From a virus (Duplodnaviria; Caudoviricetes): a stretch of 59,888 nt of DNA. The notes under the pieces are model-generated. The model did no database searches and was not told the origin of the DNA. It worked only from the letters and a program-made list of their open reading frames with translations. A program made the position numbers and the translations under genes. Below are positions 50,343 to 58,713 of the stretch, one piece after another; the first letter of the stretch is position 1; each line of letters starts with the position of its first letter. The DNA is taken from the IMG/VR virus record IMGVR_UViG_3300032797_000052, positions 1 to 59,888 of that record; one strand, written 5' to 3'.

Positions 50343-51181
50343 TGACTGATAGAACTAGAGTAACTAATCTCGATATAAGTCCTTTGGGTGGTAATCAAGG
50401 AGATGTCCCAACTATTAGTGGATTATCTGTCTATTGGAAACCACCAACAGCAGCATCCGGTATTGCAGGAGCTACAGGACCAACTGGACCTACAGGAGAA
50501 AGTGGACCAAGTGGTTCTAGTGGTCCTACAGGGTCTAGTGGTCCTAGTGGAGCTACAGGACCAACTGGACCTTCTGGAGGGGGAAGTGGAAGTACATTAT
50601 ATGATACTAACTGGCCTAAAAGAACTGGTGCAACTGCTGACAGATGGTATTATGGAACTGCAAGTCCAAACGTAGCAGCAGCAGGAGGAAGTTTTACTTC
50701 AAATACATTATATGCTCATCCATTAATAGTTCCTGTAACTAGAACAATAGATAGACTATGTTTTACAATTACAACATCACAACCTAATTCTTTTGCACAA
50801 ATGGGAATTTATATAGATAATGGTTCTGGATATCCTGACGCTTTAGTTTATCAATCTGCACAATTTGATTGCACAACTGTTGTTAATAAAGTAGATACTC
50901 CAGGAACTCCTGTTACTGTTAGTGGAGGTTATTTATATTGGTTAGTTTACGGATGCAATAATGGTTCGGTCGGAATTAGACGTTTGCTTGGAACTAGTAT
51001 GGGAGATATTGGTATTTTGGGAATGGTCGCAGGTGGTGGGGTACCACAACCAGGATTCGGTTGGTATAAATCTTTTACCCTAATTAGTGGCGGAGCTTTA
51101 CCAAGTCCATATACAGTAGGAGGTACAATTGTAGGTACAGCATCTTATTTACCTTGTATATGGGTTAGATATGCAACATAA
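50342..51181 (+). CDS. collagen-like fibre protein with C-terminal head domain
   Basis: [15 protein letters not shown] run; GIY.D..G.P..L...YWL. Confidence 0.8.
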   Translation: MTDRTRVTNLDISPLGGNQGDVPTISGLSVYWKPPTAASGIAGATGPTGPTGESGPSGSSGPTGSSGPSGATGPTGPSGGGSGSTLYDTNWPKRTGATADRWYYGTASPNVAAAGGSFTSNTLYAHPLIVPVTRTIDRLCFTITTSQPNSFAQMGIYIDNGSGYPDALVYQSAQFDCTTVVNKVDTPGTPVTVSGGYLYWLVYGCNNGSVGIRRLLGTSMGDIGILGMVAGGGVPQPGFGWYKSFTLISGGALPSPYTVGGTIVGTASYLPCIWVRYAT

Positions 51182-51209
51182 AATATTACATTTTGGAGAA
51201 TATATATTT

Positions 51210-51443
51210 ATGACAAAATTTTGGGAATTATTAGAAGAAAGTGTTATTGTGCAAGGACTTATGACTGTTGGAGTTTGGGCAGCGATTATCTATATGGCAA
51301 TATGTGGAAAACCTGTTCCAGATATTTTAACAGCGGGTGGAATGGGCATTTTAGGTTTTTGGTTTGGCAGTAAATCACAGATGGCTGCGGCAAGTGCTGC
51401 TAAAGCTGTAGTAACTGCCGCTGCAAAAAAACAAATAAATTAG
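51210..51443 (+). CDS. putative holin
   Basis: Two hydrophobic helices, LGFWFG, basic C-terminus. Confidence 0.55.
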   Translation: MTKFWELLEESVIVQGLMTVGVWAAIIYMAICGKPVPDILTAGGMGILGFWFGSKSQMAAASAAKAVVTAAAKKQIN

Positions 51444-51454
51444 GAGAGGACAAA

Positions 51455-51688
51455 ATGAGTAAGTCACATGAACATGATTATTGTGGTTGTAGTCATATAG
51501 TTGCATACTGTAAGCATTGTGATGTTTGTTATTGTACTTTATGTGGAAGAGAGTGGGGTTTTAGAACTTATAGAACTATATCTCCGTGGTATCCTAATAC
51601 TACTACACCATATTGGGGAACAATTACTTATAATTCACCTACCAATACAAGTGGATCAGTAGCAATCAATCACAACCATAATGAATAA
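51455..51688 (+). CDS. Cys/His-rich small protein
   Basis: C.CSH...YCKHCDVCYCTLCG. Confidence 0.55.
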   Translation: MSKSHEHDYCGCSHIVAYCKHCDVCYCTLCGREWGFRTYRTISPWYPNTTTPYWGTITYNSPTNTSGSVAINHNHNE

Positions 51689-51734
51689 AATTCATTATAA
51701 TTATACTAAAGTAACCAAAATTTAAGGAGATTCT

Positions 51735-52280
51735 ATGACTAAATACTATGTCGAAGTTTGGAATGATGACACTAAAAAGTTTGAAGTAATAGAGTTACCA
51801 ACTTCTTCAGAAACATCTATTGTAATGCCCACATCTACATGGCAAGATGTGACAAGTAAAGTTCTATTTGGGTTCAATGGTTTAAGACAATGGCCGAATT
51901 TAGGGGTGGGAGGAGAGTTTACAGCAGAAGCCTTCATCCAAAATAAAAAAGTTGATTTAAGAATATTTGGAAAAATTGGTACAGGGACTACATTCCCAAG
52001 TAATAGTGCATGGTACTTCTATATGTTAGCACCAGAATTACAGGCAAAGGATAGAGCAATAGGAACTTTGGCTATGTATCTAGATAACGGGGGATCATTG
52101 TTTGGGGATTGTCGTTTCTTGTACAAAGGTGATGCTAATCCTCCATATTATCCTTTGTGTCTATATTATGCTTCCACACTTCCAGCCGGTGCTGGCTATC
52201 TTACAAGTATCTATCCTTGGACTTGGGCCGAAAGACCTAACTCTTGGTTTTTGGCACAAATTACTTATAGAACAGTATGA
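51735..52280 (+). CDS. hypothetical protein, fibre-head-like beta domain
   Basis: AAGGAG RBS; aromatic beta-rich sequence. Confidence 0.5.
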   Translation: MTKYYVEVWNDDTKKFEVIELPTSSETSIVMPTSTWQDVTSKVLFGFNGLRQWPNLGVGGEFTAEAFIQNKKVDLRIFGKIGTGTTFPSNSAWYFYMLAPELQAKDRAIGTLAMYLDNGGSLFGDCRFLYKGDANPPYYPLCLYYASTLPAGAGYLTSIYPWTWAERPNSWFLAQITYRTV

Positions 52281-52474
52281 AGTCAGTTCAATTAATGTCT
52301 GGTGAAGAATGGATTGAACCATTAAACCGCGGAAAAGTTTGTGTTAGAATACAGTGTTGTGATTGTGGGTTAAATCACGATATTGAGTTTGAAGTAAAGG
52401 ATGATAAACTAAAAATGCGTTGGCATGAGAACCGAAAGGCTACAAGTGCAGCAAGAAGAAAACACTTGACTTAA
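52277..52474 (+). CDS. small Zn-binding protein
   Basis: CCDCGL.H. Confidence 0.55.
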   Translation: MKSVQLMSGEEWIEPLNRGKVCVRIQCCDCGLNHDIEFEVKDDKLKMRWHENRKATSAARRKHLT

Positions 52475-52494
52475 TCCCTTAAACATGATATAAT
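52466..52494 (+). promoter_or_regulatory. sigma70 promoter for tRNA-Tyr
   Basis: TTGACT-17-TATAAT with extended TG. Confidence 0.75.
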
Positions 52495-52503
52495 AGGGTA
52501 AAT

Positions 52504-52591
52504 GGGTGCATTGAGCAATCCGGTGTGCTCGCCTGACTGTAGATCAGGTTCCCAAAAAGACATGGTGGTTCAAATCCATCTGCACCCACCA
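52504..52591 (+). tRNA. tRNA-Tyr(GUA)
   Basis: Acceptor GGGTGCA/TGCACCC, anticodon CCTGA-CTGTAGA-TCAGG, TTCAAAT loop, encoded CCA. Confidence 0.9.
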
Positions 52592-52597
52592 ATAAAT

Positions 52598-52627
52598 AAT
52601 AGGACCTTAATGGTCCTATTTCTTTTT
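52598..52627 (+). terminator. terminator after tRNA-Tyr
   Basis: AATAGGACC/GGTCCTATT stem plus T-rich tail. Confidence 0.7.
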
Positions 52628-52687
52628 CCGATACCGATTTCATTTTTTTGGTTAGTTTCTTTGATGTATACAGGGGGGTGGCGGCGT

Positions 52688-52722
52688 AAAAAAAACCCCT
52701 CCCTTTTATTAAGGGAGGGGGG
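52688..52722 (-). terminator. rho-independent terminator
   Basis: CCCCTCCCTT/AAGGGAGGGG stem plus T8 on minus. Confidence 0.85.
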
Positions 52723-52738
52723 TACTACTTTACAAAGT

Positions 52739-53455
52739 CTAGTATCCTCTCAAATTCGCCTCCTTCTTTCCCTTGACAACCTGGTACTGCCCACTCGCAA
52801 CAGCCTGGTTCACGATTGACTCCAGCTTCGCGACCTTCGAGATTACGGTATCGCGATTGTAGGAAACATCCCCTACATGTGCTGATTCCACTTTCCAGCC
52901 CGACCGTTCTAGCGTAGTGAGCGCAGCACCCTTAATGTTTCCCTCGTGTGGCATACTTTGACGCGCCTTGATTACTCCCAAGACACAGTATGCCGCGACC
53001 TCGAGGAGTGCGACTAGGGGAGGCGTGTGTACAAACAATCCGTTAATCCACGCGTCAAGCATGCCCGCTTGTCCGTTTTTGCAGAAGGCGCGGTGATTCT
53101 TTGCATCGCCTACAGCTTCATAGCATGGCCAGTAGTCCTCTAGCTTGACTACTGCCTTCTTGCCTTCGGGATTCTTGAAGGTGACTTCCCCCGTGACCCT
53201 GCTATTCGAGGCGAATTGTGCAACGGCATTTTGCACAAAGCGGTATGCTTTGACTCCTCTCCCCGTATCGCCCATACAATCCTTGGCAAGATTAGTATAG
53301 GCAAGCGTTTGCTTCTGTGACATTGCGGGGAGCGTGACTCCCTCTCCGATCACCTGGTAGTGCGTGGAGAGGGAAACATTCGCGCTTGCCAGCTTACTCT
53401 CAGCCTTGGGCGATGCTTCCTTGATTCGTTTTTGTAGCGCAACGCGTGTAGCCAT
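52739..53455 (-). CDS. hypothetical protein (GC-rich, basic)
   Basis: AAGGAG RBS before ATG 53455; own promoter and terminator. Confidence 0.75.
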   Translation of the reverse strand: MATRVALQKRIKEASPKAESKLASANVSLSTHYQVIGEGVTLPAMSQKQTLAYTNLAKDCMGDTGRGVKAYRFVQNAVAQFASNSRVTGEVTFKNPEGKKAVVKLEDYWPCYEAVGDAKNHRAFCKNGQAGMLDAWINGLFVHTPPLVALLEVAAYCVLGVIKARQSMPHEGNIKGAALTTLERSGWKVESAHVGDVSYNRDTVISKVAKLESIVNQAVASGQYQVVKGKKEANLRGY

Positions 53456-53543
53456 TACAAGACTCCTTATGAAACGCAAAACGTAGCATATAGGCGCGAG
53501 CGTATGCCCACAATAGAGAATCCTCCTTCCTGCCCGCACGCGA

Positions 53544-53674
53544 TAGACTCACTTGACCTAACCCAAGCCAGCGGAGGGAATTGCCACACGGAGGACTATA
53601 TGCGGGCTGATTCCGCCGGAGCGCCGCGTACGGATTCCACAACGCTAGCCTGGGAGGGCTGGAGGGTGAGTCTA
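53544..53674 (-). ncRNA. extended-hairpin RNA candidate
   Basis: Nested stems of 9, 12, 5 and 7 bp with G-U pairs valid on minus; downstream of TATAAT at 53698-53693. Confidence 0.55.
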
Positions 53675-53799
53675 CTGTAAAGGTACAAGAGCATTATAAC
53701 CCGGATTCTAGTATTCCAGCTTTACATAATAAAATTTAGGACTCTGTTCTATTTGTAGAACAAAACCTTAAATAATAGGGTTTCGCATAGCCAACTTCG

Positions 53800-54423
53800 G
53801 GTTTAGTACTCAGTACTCTGTACTCAAGGAGGCTATAGTAACAGGAACTTAAAACTAATTCGGAATCTGAGTAAGCGTAGAGTAAACTAAAAAAGGCGAG
53901 TACTTAGTACTCATTACTAATTTGGATAGAAAACATAACAGTTGCCCCCAAGTAATGCGGATTCTATCCAGTTGAGTACTCAGTATATAGTAATTAGTAC
54001 TCATTGTCGAGTAAACAAATCAGACTAATCTGGCCTAATTACTATATGCTACATACTCAATAGAAAGTAGAATAATAGAAAATTTATTAGTTTATTGAGT
54101 ATTTTAGGTTCTGAGGTAACGGAATTTGAATAGAAATCGGGTTTTCTGAGTACTCAATACTGATTGACTGGCGATTGAGTAAATTGTTGTCTTTTGAGTA
54201 GATAAATAGTGTGTTTGTACTGTACAAATTATATTTTTGAGGTTAAAGTGCTATTATACTGTATTGTGAGTAATACAGCCTTATAACAGCATCTAATAGG
54301 ATAATCAACAAATACTAAGATTTCTTTCAGTCAAAATCTTTAAGGTGCGATTCGGAGGGTCATGGTACAATCAAGGTGGCAGCCGCACGTCTAGACAAAG
54401 CTGAGTAATAGAAAAGGAGTACT
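53800..54423. repeat. dense GAGTA/TACTC (GAGTACTC) motif array in a non-coding block
   Basis: About 20 half-sites counted by eye. Confidence 0.75.
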
Positions 54424-54426
54424 GAA

Positions 54427-54942
54427 ATGGCTACAAATAAGAAAATCTCCTTTACACTGGAAAGTTCACCAAATAAGAATTATCGAGTAGGAAAATCTCT
54501 CCGATTTACATGGGCAGACTTGTTTTTAGCATTAGATACAGTAAAACCTCTTTGTTCGAGTAAAATCCTACGGGCGGTTATTCAATCTTTGCTGAATAGT
54601 GGCAAAGATTTTACTCATCAATATTTGTGGAAAGTAGTAGAAATGCTATACAAAGAGAAACTGTTAAAAACAAGCGATACAATGAAAGTATGCGTTTGGA
54701 TTATAGCAGCTTATGGGTACATGCACGGCTGTTCTACTGATGAATATGGTATAGGAACTTTCCCTCATCCATCGGGGCCGAGTAGAATCAAGAAAGTGAG
54801 GTTCACTGACTGGCGTGATAATCTAGTCTGTCCACTTTGTAGTAGAATCTACCATCCTAGAAAGGGCAGAGTAAATAAGGAGGTGATTGTAAAAGAATTT
54901 GGAGTATGGTTAGAAAATCATCTTACACGCGAACCACACTAG
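54427..54942 (+). CDS. hypothetical protein with C-terminal C2H2-like finger
   Basis: CPLC...HLTREPH; AAGGAG RBS. Confidence 0.65.
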   Translation: MATNKKISFTLESSPNKNYRVGKSLRFTWADLFLALDTVKPLCSSKILRAVIQSLLNSGKDFTHQYLWKVVEMLYKEKLLKTSDTMKVCVWIIAAYGYMHGCSTDEYGIGTFPHPSGPSRIKKVRFTDWRDNLVCPLCSRIYHPRKGRVNKEVIVKEFGVWLENHLTREPH

Positions 54943-54959
54943 ACAAGGAGAATAGTAAA

Positions 54960-55214
54960 ATGCCAAAGAATCCAATTACCTCAAATGGAATACTTACTCC
55001 GCCAACAGAGATTAGTTGTGTATCTGAATCACGTGACTTCTTGAAAGTAACCAAATCCTTCTATAATGGAAAGGAGCGAATAGATATTCGTTTCTGGTAC
55101 GTTGCAGCCGACGATGAAACTCTACTTCCTGGTAAAAGAGGAATCTCACTATCTCCTGAATCTGCTTTAGATGTGGCAAAGGCAATTCAGACAATCTTAG
55201 GGAGGAAAAAGTAA
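54960..55214 (+). CDS. PC4/YdbC-family ssDNA-binding protein
   Basis: V.KS.YNGK.RIDIR.WY......PGKRGISL. Confidence 0.85.
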   Translation: MPKNPITSNGILTPPTEISCVSESRDFLKVTKSFYNGKERIDIRFWYVAADDETLLPGKRGISLSPESALDVAKAIQTILGRKK

Positions 55215-55229
55215 AAATAGTATAATACT

Positions 55230-55257
55230 AGAGGCCTCATTAGAGGCCTCTTTTTTT
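55230..55257 (+). terminator. rho-independent terminator
   Basis: AGAGGCCTC/GAGGCCTCT plus T tract. Confidence 0.8.
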
Positions 55258-55299
55258 ATTTAAAGAAACTATCAATCTACTCAAAAGGAGAGTAAAACA

Positions 55300-55788
55300 A
55301 TGCTATCAAATAGAGAGGCACAGAATTTAGATAATTGGATCACTGGTCATCATGGAGAGGATCAATTTAGAGGATTATCTGATGTATTCTGTGCTGATTG
55401 TCCTCATGAAAGCGAGTGTGGTAGAGATGCCTATTGTAATAGTGAAGAAGAGAAAAAGGTATACTTGAGAAGTATTCAAGAAGTTGATTTTAGTGACGAT
55501 AAGTTTCAAAAAGAACTTTCTGAGGAAGTTAGGAAACTAGGTAAATATATTTATGAATGTCCTACACACGGCAGATTCTTTTTTGACAAACAAGGAGAAG
55601 AATTAGGTTGTGATTATTGTGGAATGATTCTTAGTGAACTTATTTGTTTTTGTGAGGATTGTGATACTAGAACCTCTGTTAAACCTATTGTCCTTTATTT
55701 TCCTAGATGTATAAATTGTGGAAAAGAAGTAAAAGTCTATAAAGAAGAGGAGATTGTTAGTTTACCATGCGACCCACATCCAGAATAA
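55300..55788 (+). CDS. Cys-rich multi-Zn-finger protein
   Basis: Several CxxC pairs; AAGGAG RBS. Confidence 0.65.
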   Translation: MLSNREAQNLDNWITGHHGEDQFRGLSDVFCADCPHESECGRDAYCNSEEEKKVYLRSIQEVDFSDDKFQKELSEEVRKLGKYIYECPTHGRFFFDKQGEELGCDYCGMILSELICFCEDCDTRTSVKPIVLYFPRCINCGKEVKVYKEEEIVSLPCDPHPE

Positions 55789-56039
55789 AGCCATTACTTA
55801 AAAAGATAGAGGCTATTTGGATAAAACATCCTGATTTAAGATTGCTACAAATACTCCTAAATCTAACTGAAGATGATGTAGCATACTATATGGAGGATGA
55901 TGAACTAAGCAGACGATTAGATGAATTGTATAATAATATAAAGATGATCCCTGCTGATAAAGTAGTTTTGAGGAGAGCAGAGAAAAGTCTTAATCGCCCT
56001 GATTCAGTAAAGAAAAACAAGGATTATATATCACTGTGA
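55767..56039 (+). CDS. YihD/DUF1040-like protein
   Basis: MR...RI..LL..I...W..HPDLRL.Q.L...YY.EDD. Confidence 0.65.
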   Translation: MRPTSRIKPLLKKIEAIWIKHPDLRLLQILLNLTEDDVAYYMEDDELSRRLDELYNNIKMIPADKVVLRRAEKSLNRPDSVKKNKDYISL

Positions 56040-56048
56040 AAGGATAAA

Positions 56049-56270
56049 ATGATTAGCAAAAACTTAATTAAAATAATTTTAGACTCTTTAGTGAAAGATA
56101 TAGTATTAATCACAGAAAACGGTATGTGTTTTAGTGATTACTTATTTTATATCCCCTGTAAGAATTCTTATTGTGTATATGATACTTACTTTAAAATTGA
56201 GGATGTTAGACTAATCGAAATAGGTGTTGAAAGGAGAGCTTGTATAATGCTCAAGGATAGAAGAATGTGA
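56049..56270 (+). CDS. hypothetical protein
   Basis: Coupled small ORF. Confidence 0.5.
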   Translation: MISKNLIKIILDSLVKDIVLITENGMCFSDYLFYIPCKNSYCVYDTYFKIEDVRLIEIGVERRACIMLKDRRM

Positions 56271-56521
56271 ACATTCACTTTAAATGCCCTGTTTGTCATA
56301 AAAGAGATAAGAATAAAGTATATTACGATCCTCTCTATGAACTTGGTGATGTTGATTATCATAAATGCCCTAATTGCGGCTCTATGATAAATATCCAAGA
56401 ATATATGAAACTTGATATTTGGGATAAAGTATTGTTAGGTTTTTTTGTGTTATATTTAGTAATAGGTTGTTGTTATCTTATGTACCTGGCTACTCAGCAT
56501 ATTAATATTGTGATACATTAA
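56267..56521 (+). CDS. Zn-ribbon membrane protein
   Basis: CPVC...CPNCG plus C-terminal TM helix. Confidence 0.55.
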   Translation: MNIHFKCPVCHKRDKNKVYYDPLYELGDVDYHKCPNCGSMINIQEYMKLDIWDKVLLGFFVLYLVIGCCYLMYLATQHINIVIH

Positions 56522-56621
56522 TGATAGAAAATATATTTAGAATAGTTCAGATATTTCCTCTAATTGTTTTAATTGCTGCAATAATTATGCTCATTACTCA
56601 AATCAGAATGTGGAGGATAAA

Positions 56622-57032
56622 ATGAAATATTATAGTAGTTGGTTTTTGATTAGATATTACCACATTAAATATCGAATCAAGAGTCGATTTGCTAGTTTTC
56701 TTTTGAAAATAGCTTCTATTCTGCATAATATAGCATATATTATAGGCAGGATAGAGAACTCTATACTAAAACTTGGTAGAAAGTTTATGGATAAATCTAG
56801 TGAAATATCAATTAATGCCTTTGATATGTCTAATAGAGAATATGATGAGTTTATTAAGAAAATGGATTTAGATGTAAATAAGCATAAAATACTAGAAGAT
56901 ACAATAGAAGACTTAGAAGATATTTTAGACATAGTAGATGCAAATAAAACATTAGATGAATTATTACATCTACCGCCTACAATAGATAAAGATGAATCTC
57001 CTTTAACAATGGGTAACTGCCGTATAACCTAA
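56622..57032 (+). CDS. hypothetical protein
   Basis: GGAGG RBS before ATG 56622. Confidence 0.6.
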   Translation: MKYYSSWFLIRYYHIKYRIKSRFASFLLKIASILHNIAYIIGRIENSILKLGRKFMDKSSEISINAFDMSNREYDEFIKKMDLDVNKHKILEDTIEDLEDILDIVDANKTLDELLHLPPTIDKDESPLTMGNCRIT

Positions 57033-57041
57033 CAAAACTAC

Positions 57042-57073
57042 AAGCAGAGAGGCCAAAAACCTCTCTGCTTTTT
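57042..57073 (+). terminator. rho-independent terminator
   Basis: AAGCAGAGAGG/CCTCTCTGCTT plus T tract. Confidence 0.85.
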
Positions 57074-57197
57074 CTATTTAATCTATCAGTACTCAGATTT
57101 GGGTACTCAGATGATGAGTAGGCCAAGAGTAGAGAAAAAACTTGAGTACCGAGCAGCAGTTTGAGTACTCAGTAATTAATACTCATTGTAGACAAAC

Positions 57198-57233
57198 AAA
57201 AAAATTAGGAGAGGAGGATTATCCTCCTCTCCT
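57198..57233 (-). terminator. rho-independent terminator
   Basis: AGGAGAGGAGGA/TCCTCCTCTCCT plus T7 on minus. Confidence 0.8.
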
Positions 57234-57262
57234 CTTGCCGTGACTAAATACAACGGCAAGTA

Positions 57263-57868
57263 TTACAATGCAACACTGACTTCTGCCTCAGTAATTTTAC
57301 TATTGCGAGCCTTGGGTTCATTTGCTTGTCGAGGATAACGCTTGAATGATTCTCTAGCAGCATTTGTCTTAATGCCACACATTGTAATCAAATCCTTAAC
57401 ATTGAATATCATCATGCCACCGCGTGCAGCATAATTAACTATTACATTATAATCAGCAGGTTCTTTACTAAATCCTAATTGTTTGAATTTTGACGCAACT
57501 TCATTCACCCAAGCAGCAAATCCTAATTGTCTAGCACCACGCGCTGTACCACTACCACCGACAATTGCATTGAAAAGGAATTCTGCTTGATTAGGATTTA
57601 ATCCATTAATGAACTGAGATTCAGCATAGATTAAAAGTGGATTACCCTTACCGGCCACTTCTACTGAAATCTCATTAATCTGACCTTTTTCAACACTTGT
57701 GGCAATAGGTAATGTACTGCCAAAAGCTTTTAGACTAGGAAGAGTCAGTAAAGTAACTTTCTTTGTATTAGAAGTAGGCTTACTAATAGGTTTCTGAGGA
57801 ACTTTACTATTAGCTATTCTATTGTGCAGTTCCTTTTTACCAGTCACTTTATTTTCCTCGTTACTCAC
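57263..57868 (-). CDS. hypothetical basic protein
   Basis: 201 aa, isolated transcription unit with terminator. Confidence 0.7.
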   Translation of the reverse strand: MSNEENKVTGKKELHNRIANSKVPQKPISKPTSNTKKVTLLTLPSLKAFGSTLPIATSVEKGQINEISVEVAGKGNPLLIYAESQFINGLNPNQAEFLFNAIVGGSGTARGARQLGFAAWVNEVASKFKQLGFSKEPADYNVIVNYAARGGMMIFNVKDLITMCGIKTNAARESFKRYPRQANEPKARNSKITEAEVSVAL

Positions 57869-58025
57869 ATACTTGCTTTAAGACTTTAACAGGAATTCTA
57901 ATCTTATCCGGGTTTCTAATAATTCTATCTTTACGCTTAGTTATCACTTTAACAGATTCATTACTAATATGGAACCTAATTCTTATATCATATGTTCGCA
58001 TTGTAGGCTCCTTGACTATGCTATT

Positions 58026-58157
58026 AAAATGAAAAATGCTACTCAGATAAGAGTAGTAGAGGGTTTAAGAGGTAACGGCGAGACCTCTCATATTATAATG
58101 GCCGTTTCGATAATGATAAAAGTCTCTACTACTCATATCCGAGTAGCATTTCATTTA
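58026..58157 (-). ncRNA. three-way-junction RNA with complementary loops
   Basis: 26-bp basal stem, two apical hairpins, loops AACGGC/GCCGTT. Confidence 0.6.
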
Positions 58158-58163
58158 TTTTAG

Positions 58164-58235
58164 TACGCCTACGAGGAATTGAACCTCGATCAATAGATTA
58201 AAAGTCTACTGCACTATCCTTTGTGCTATAGGCGC
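58164..58235 (-). tRNA. tRNA-Lys(UUU)
   Basis: GCGCCTA/TAGGCGT, GTAGA-CTTTTAA-TCTAT, CGAGG-TTCAATT-CCTCG. Confidence 0.9.
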
Positions 58236-58246
58236 ATGATTCTGAG

Positions 58247-58319
58247 TGGACTAGGGTAGACTCGAACTACCAGCCGACCGCTTATAAGACGGTTGCACGT
58301 ACCATCGTGCTGCTAGTCC
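58247..58319 (-). tRNA. tRNA-Ile(UAU)
   Basis: GGACTAG/CTAGTCC, ACCGT-CTTATAA-GCGGT, GGTAG-TTCGAGT-CTACC. Confidence 0.88.
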
Positions 58320-58324
58320 AAAGA

Positions 58325-58440
58325 TGCTGTAGTTTATTGGCTTTTATCCTACAGCGTATCCTGCCTGTAACTACTAACAGGTTGTCTTTTGGTGCCCACC
58401 TATTAGGTGCTCACCGCAGAGTAGTTTTAAGCCACAGGAT
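58325..58440 (-). ncRNA. double-pseudoknot RNA candidate between tRNAs
   Basis: Four stems plus two loop-strand complementarities (7 and 6 bp). Confidence 0.6.
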
Positions 58441-58442
58441 AG

Positions 58443-58526
58443 TCCCACCACCGAGATTTGCACTCGGACGCCATTACTGGCTGTGGATTTTAAGTCCACT
58501 ATGTCTGCTAGTTTCATCATGGTGGG
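58443..58526 (-). tRNA. tRNA-Leu(UAA)
   Basis: CCCACCA/TGGTGGG, GTGGA-CTTAAAA-TCCAC, long variable arm, CCGAG-TGCAAAT-CTCGG. Confidence 0.9.
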
Positions 58527-58617
58527 AGTAGTGGATTATACTGTATAGATGCGAATACTCAGGCGGATACTCACTGGCGAGTACTCCGAACCACTTTACA
58601 TCGTACTCTCAGTATAA

Positions 58618-58682
58618 CCCACTGTTCTGAGTATAAATGGAAGTTTCTCTTACTTCAGTACATTTATACTCAGAACAGTGGG
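58618..58682. repeat. perfect 22-bp inverted repeat
   Basis: CCCACTGTTCTGAGTATAAATG (58618-39) / CATTTATACTCAGAACAGTGGG (58661-82). Confidence 0.8.
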
Positions 58683-58713
58683 GGAGAGGGCGAACCCGAT
58701 AGACTAGACTAGT

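Noticed and set aside
44055-52280. Diversity-generating retroelement on the tail fibres
   Set aside because: No reverse transcriptase and no TR/VR pair noticed in the window
52502-52819. 105-aa plus-strand ORF
   Set aside because: Overlaps tRNA-Tyr and two terminators
53800-54423. CRISPR array
   Set aside because: Motifs are 5-8 bp and irregularly spaced; no repeat-spacer periodicity and no cas genes
57969-58531. Plus-strand ORFs 57969..58163 and 58307..58531
   Set aside because: Antisense to tRNAs and structured RNAs, with no RBS
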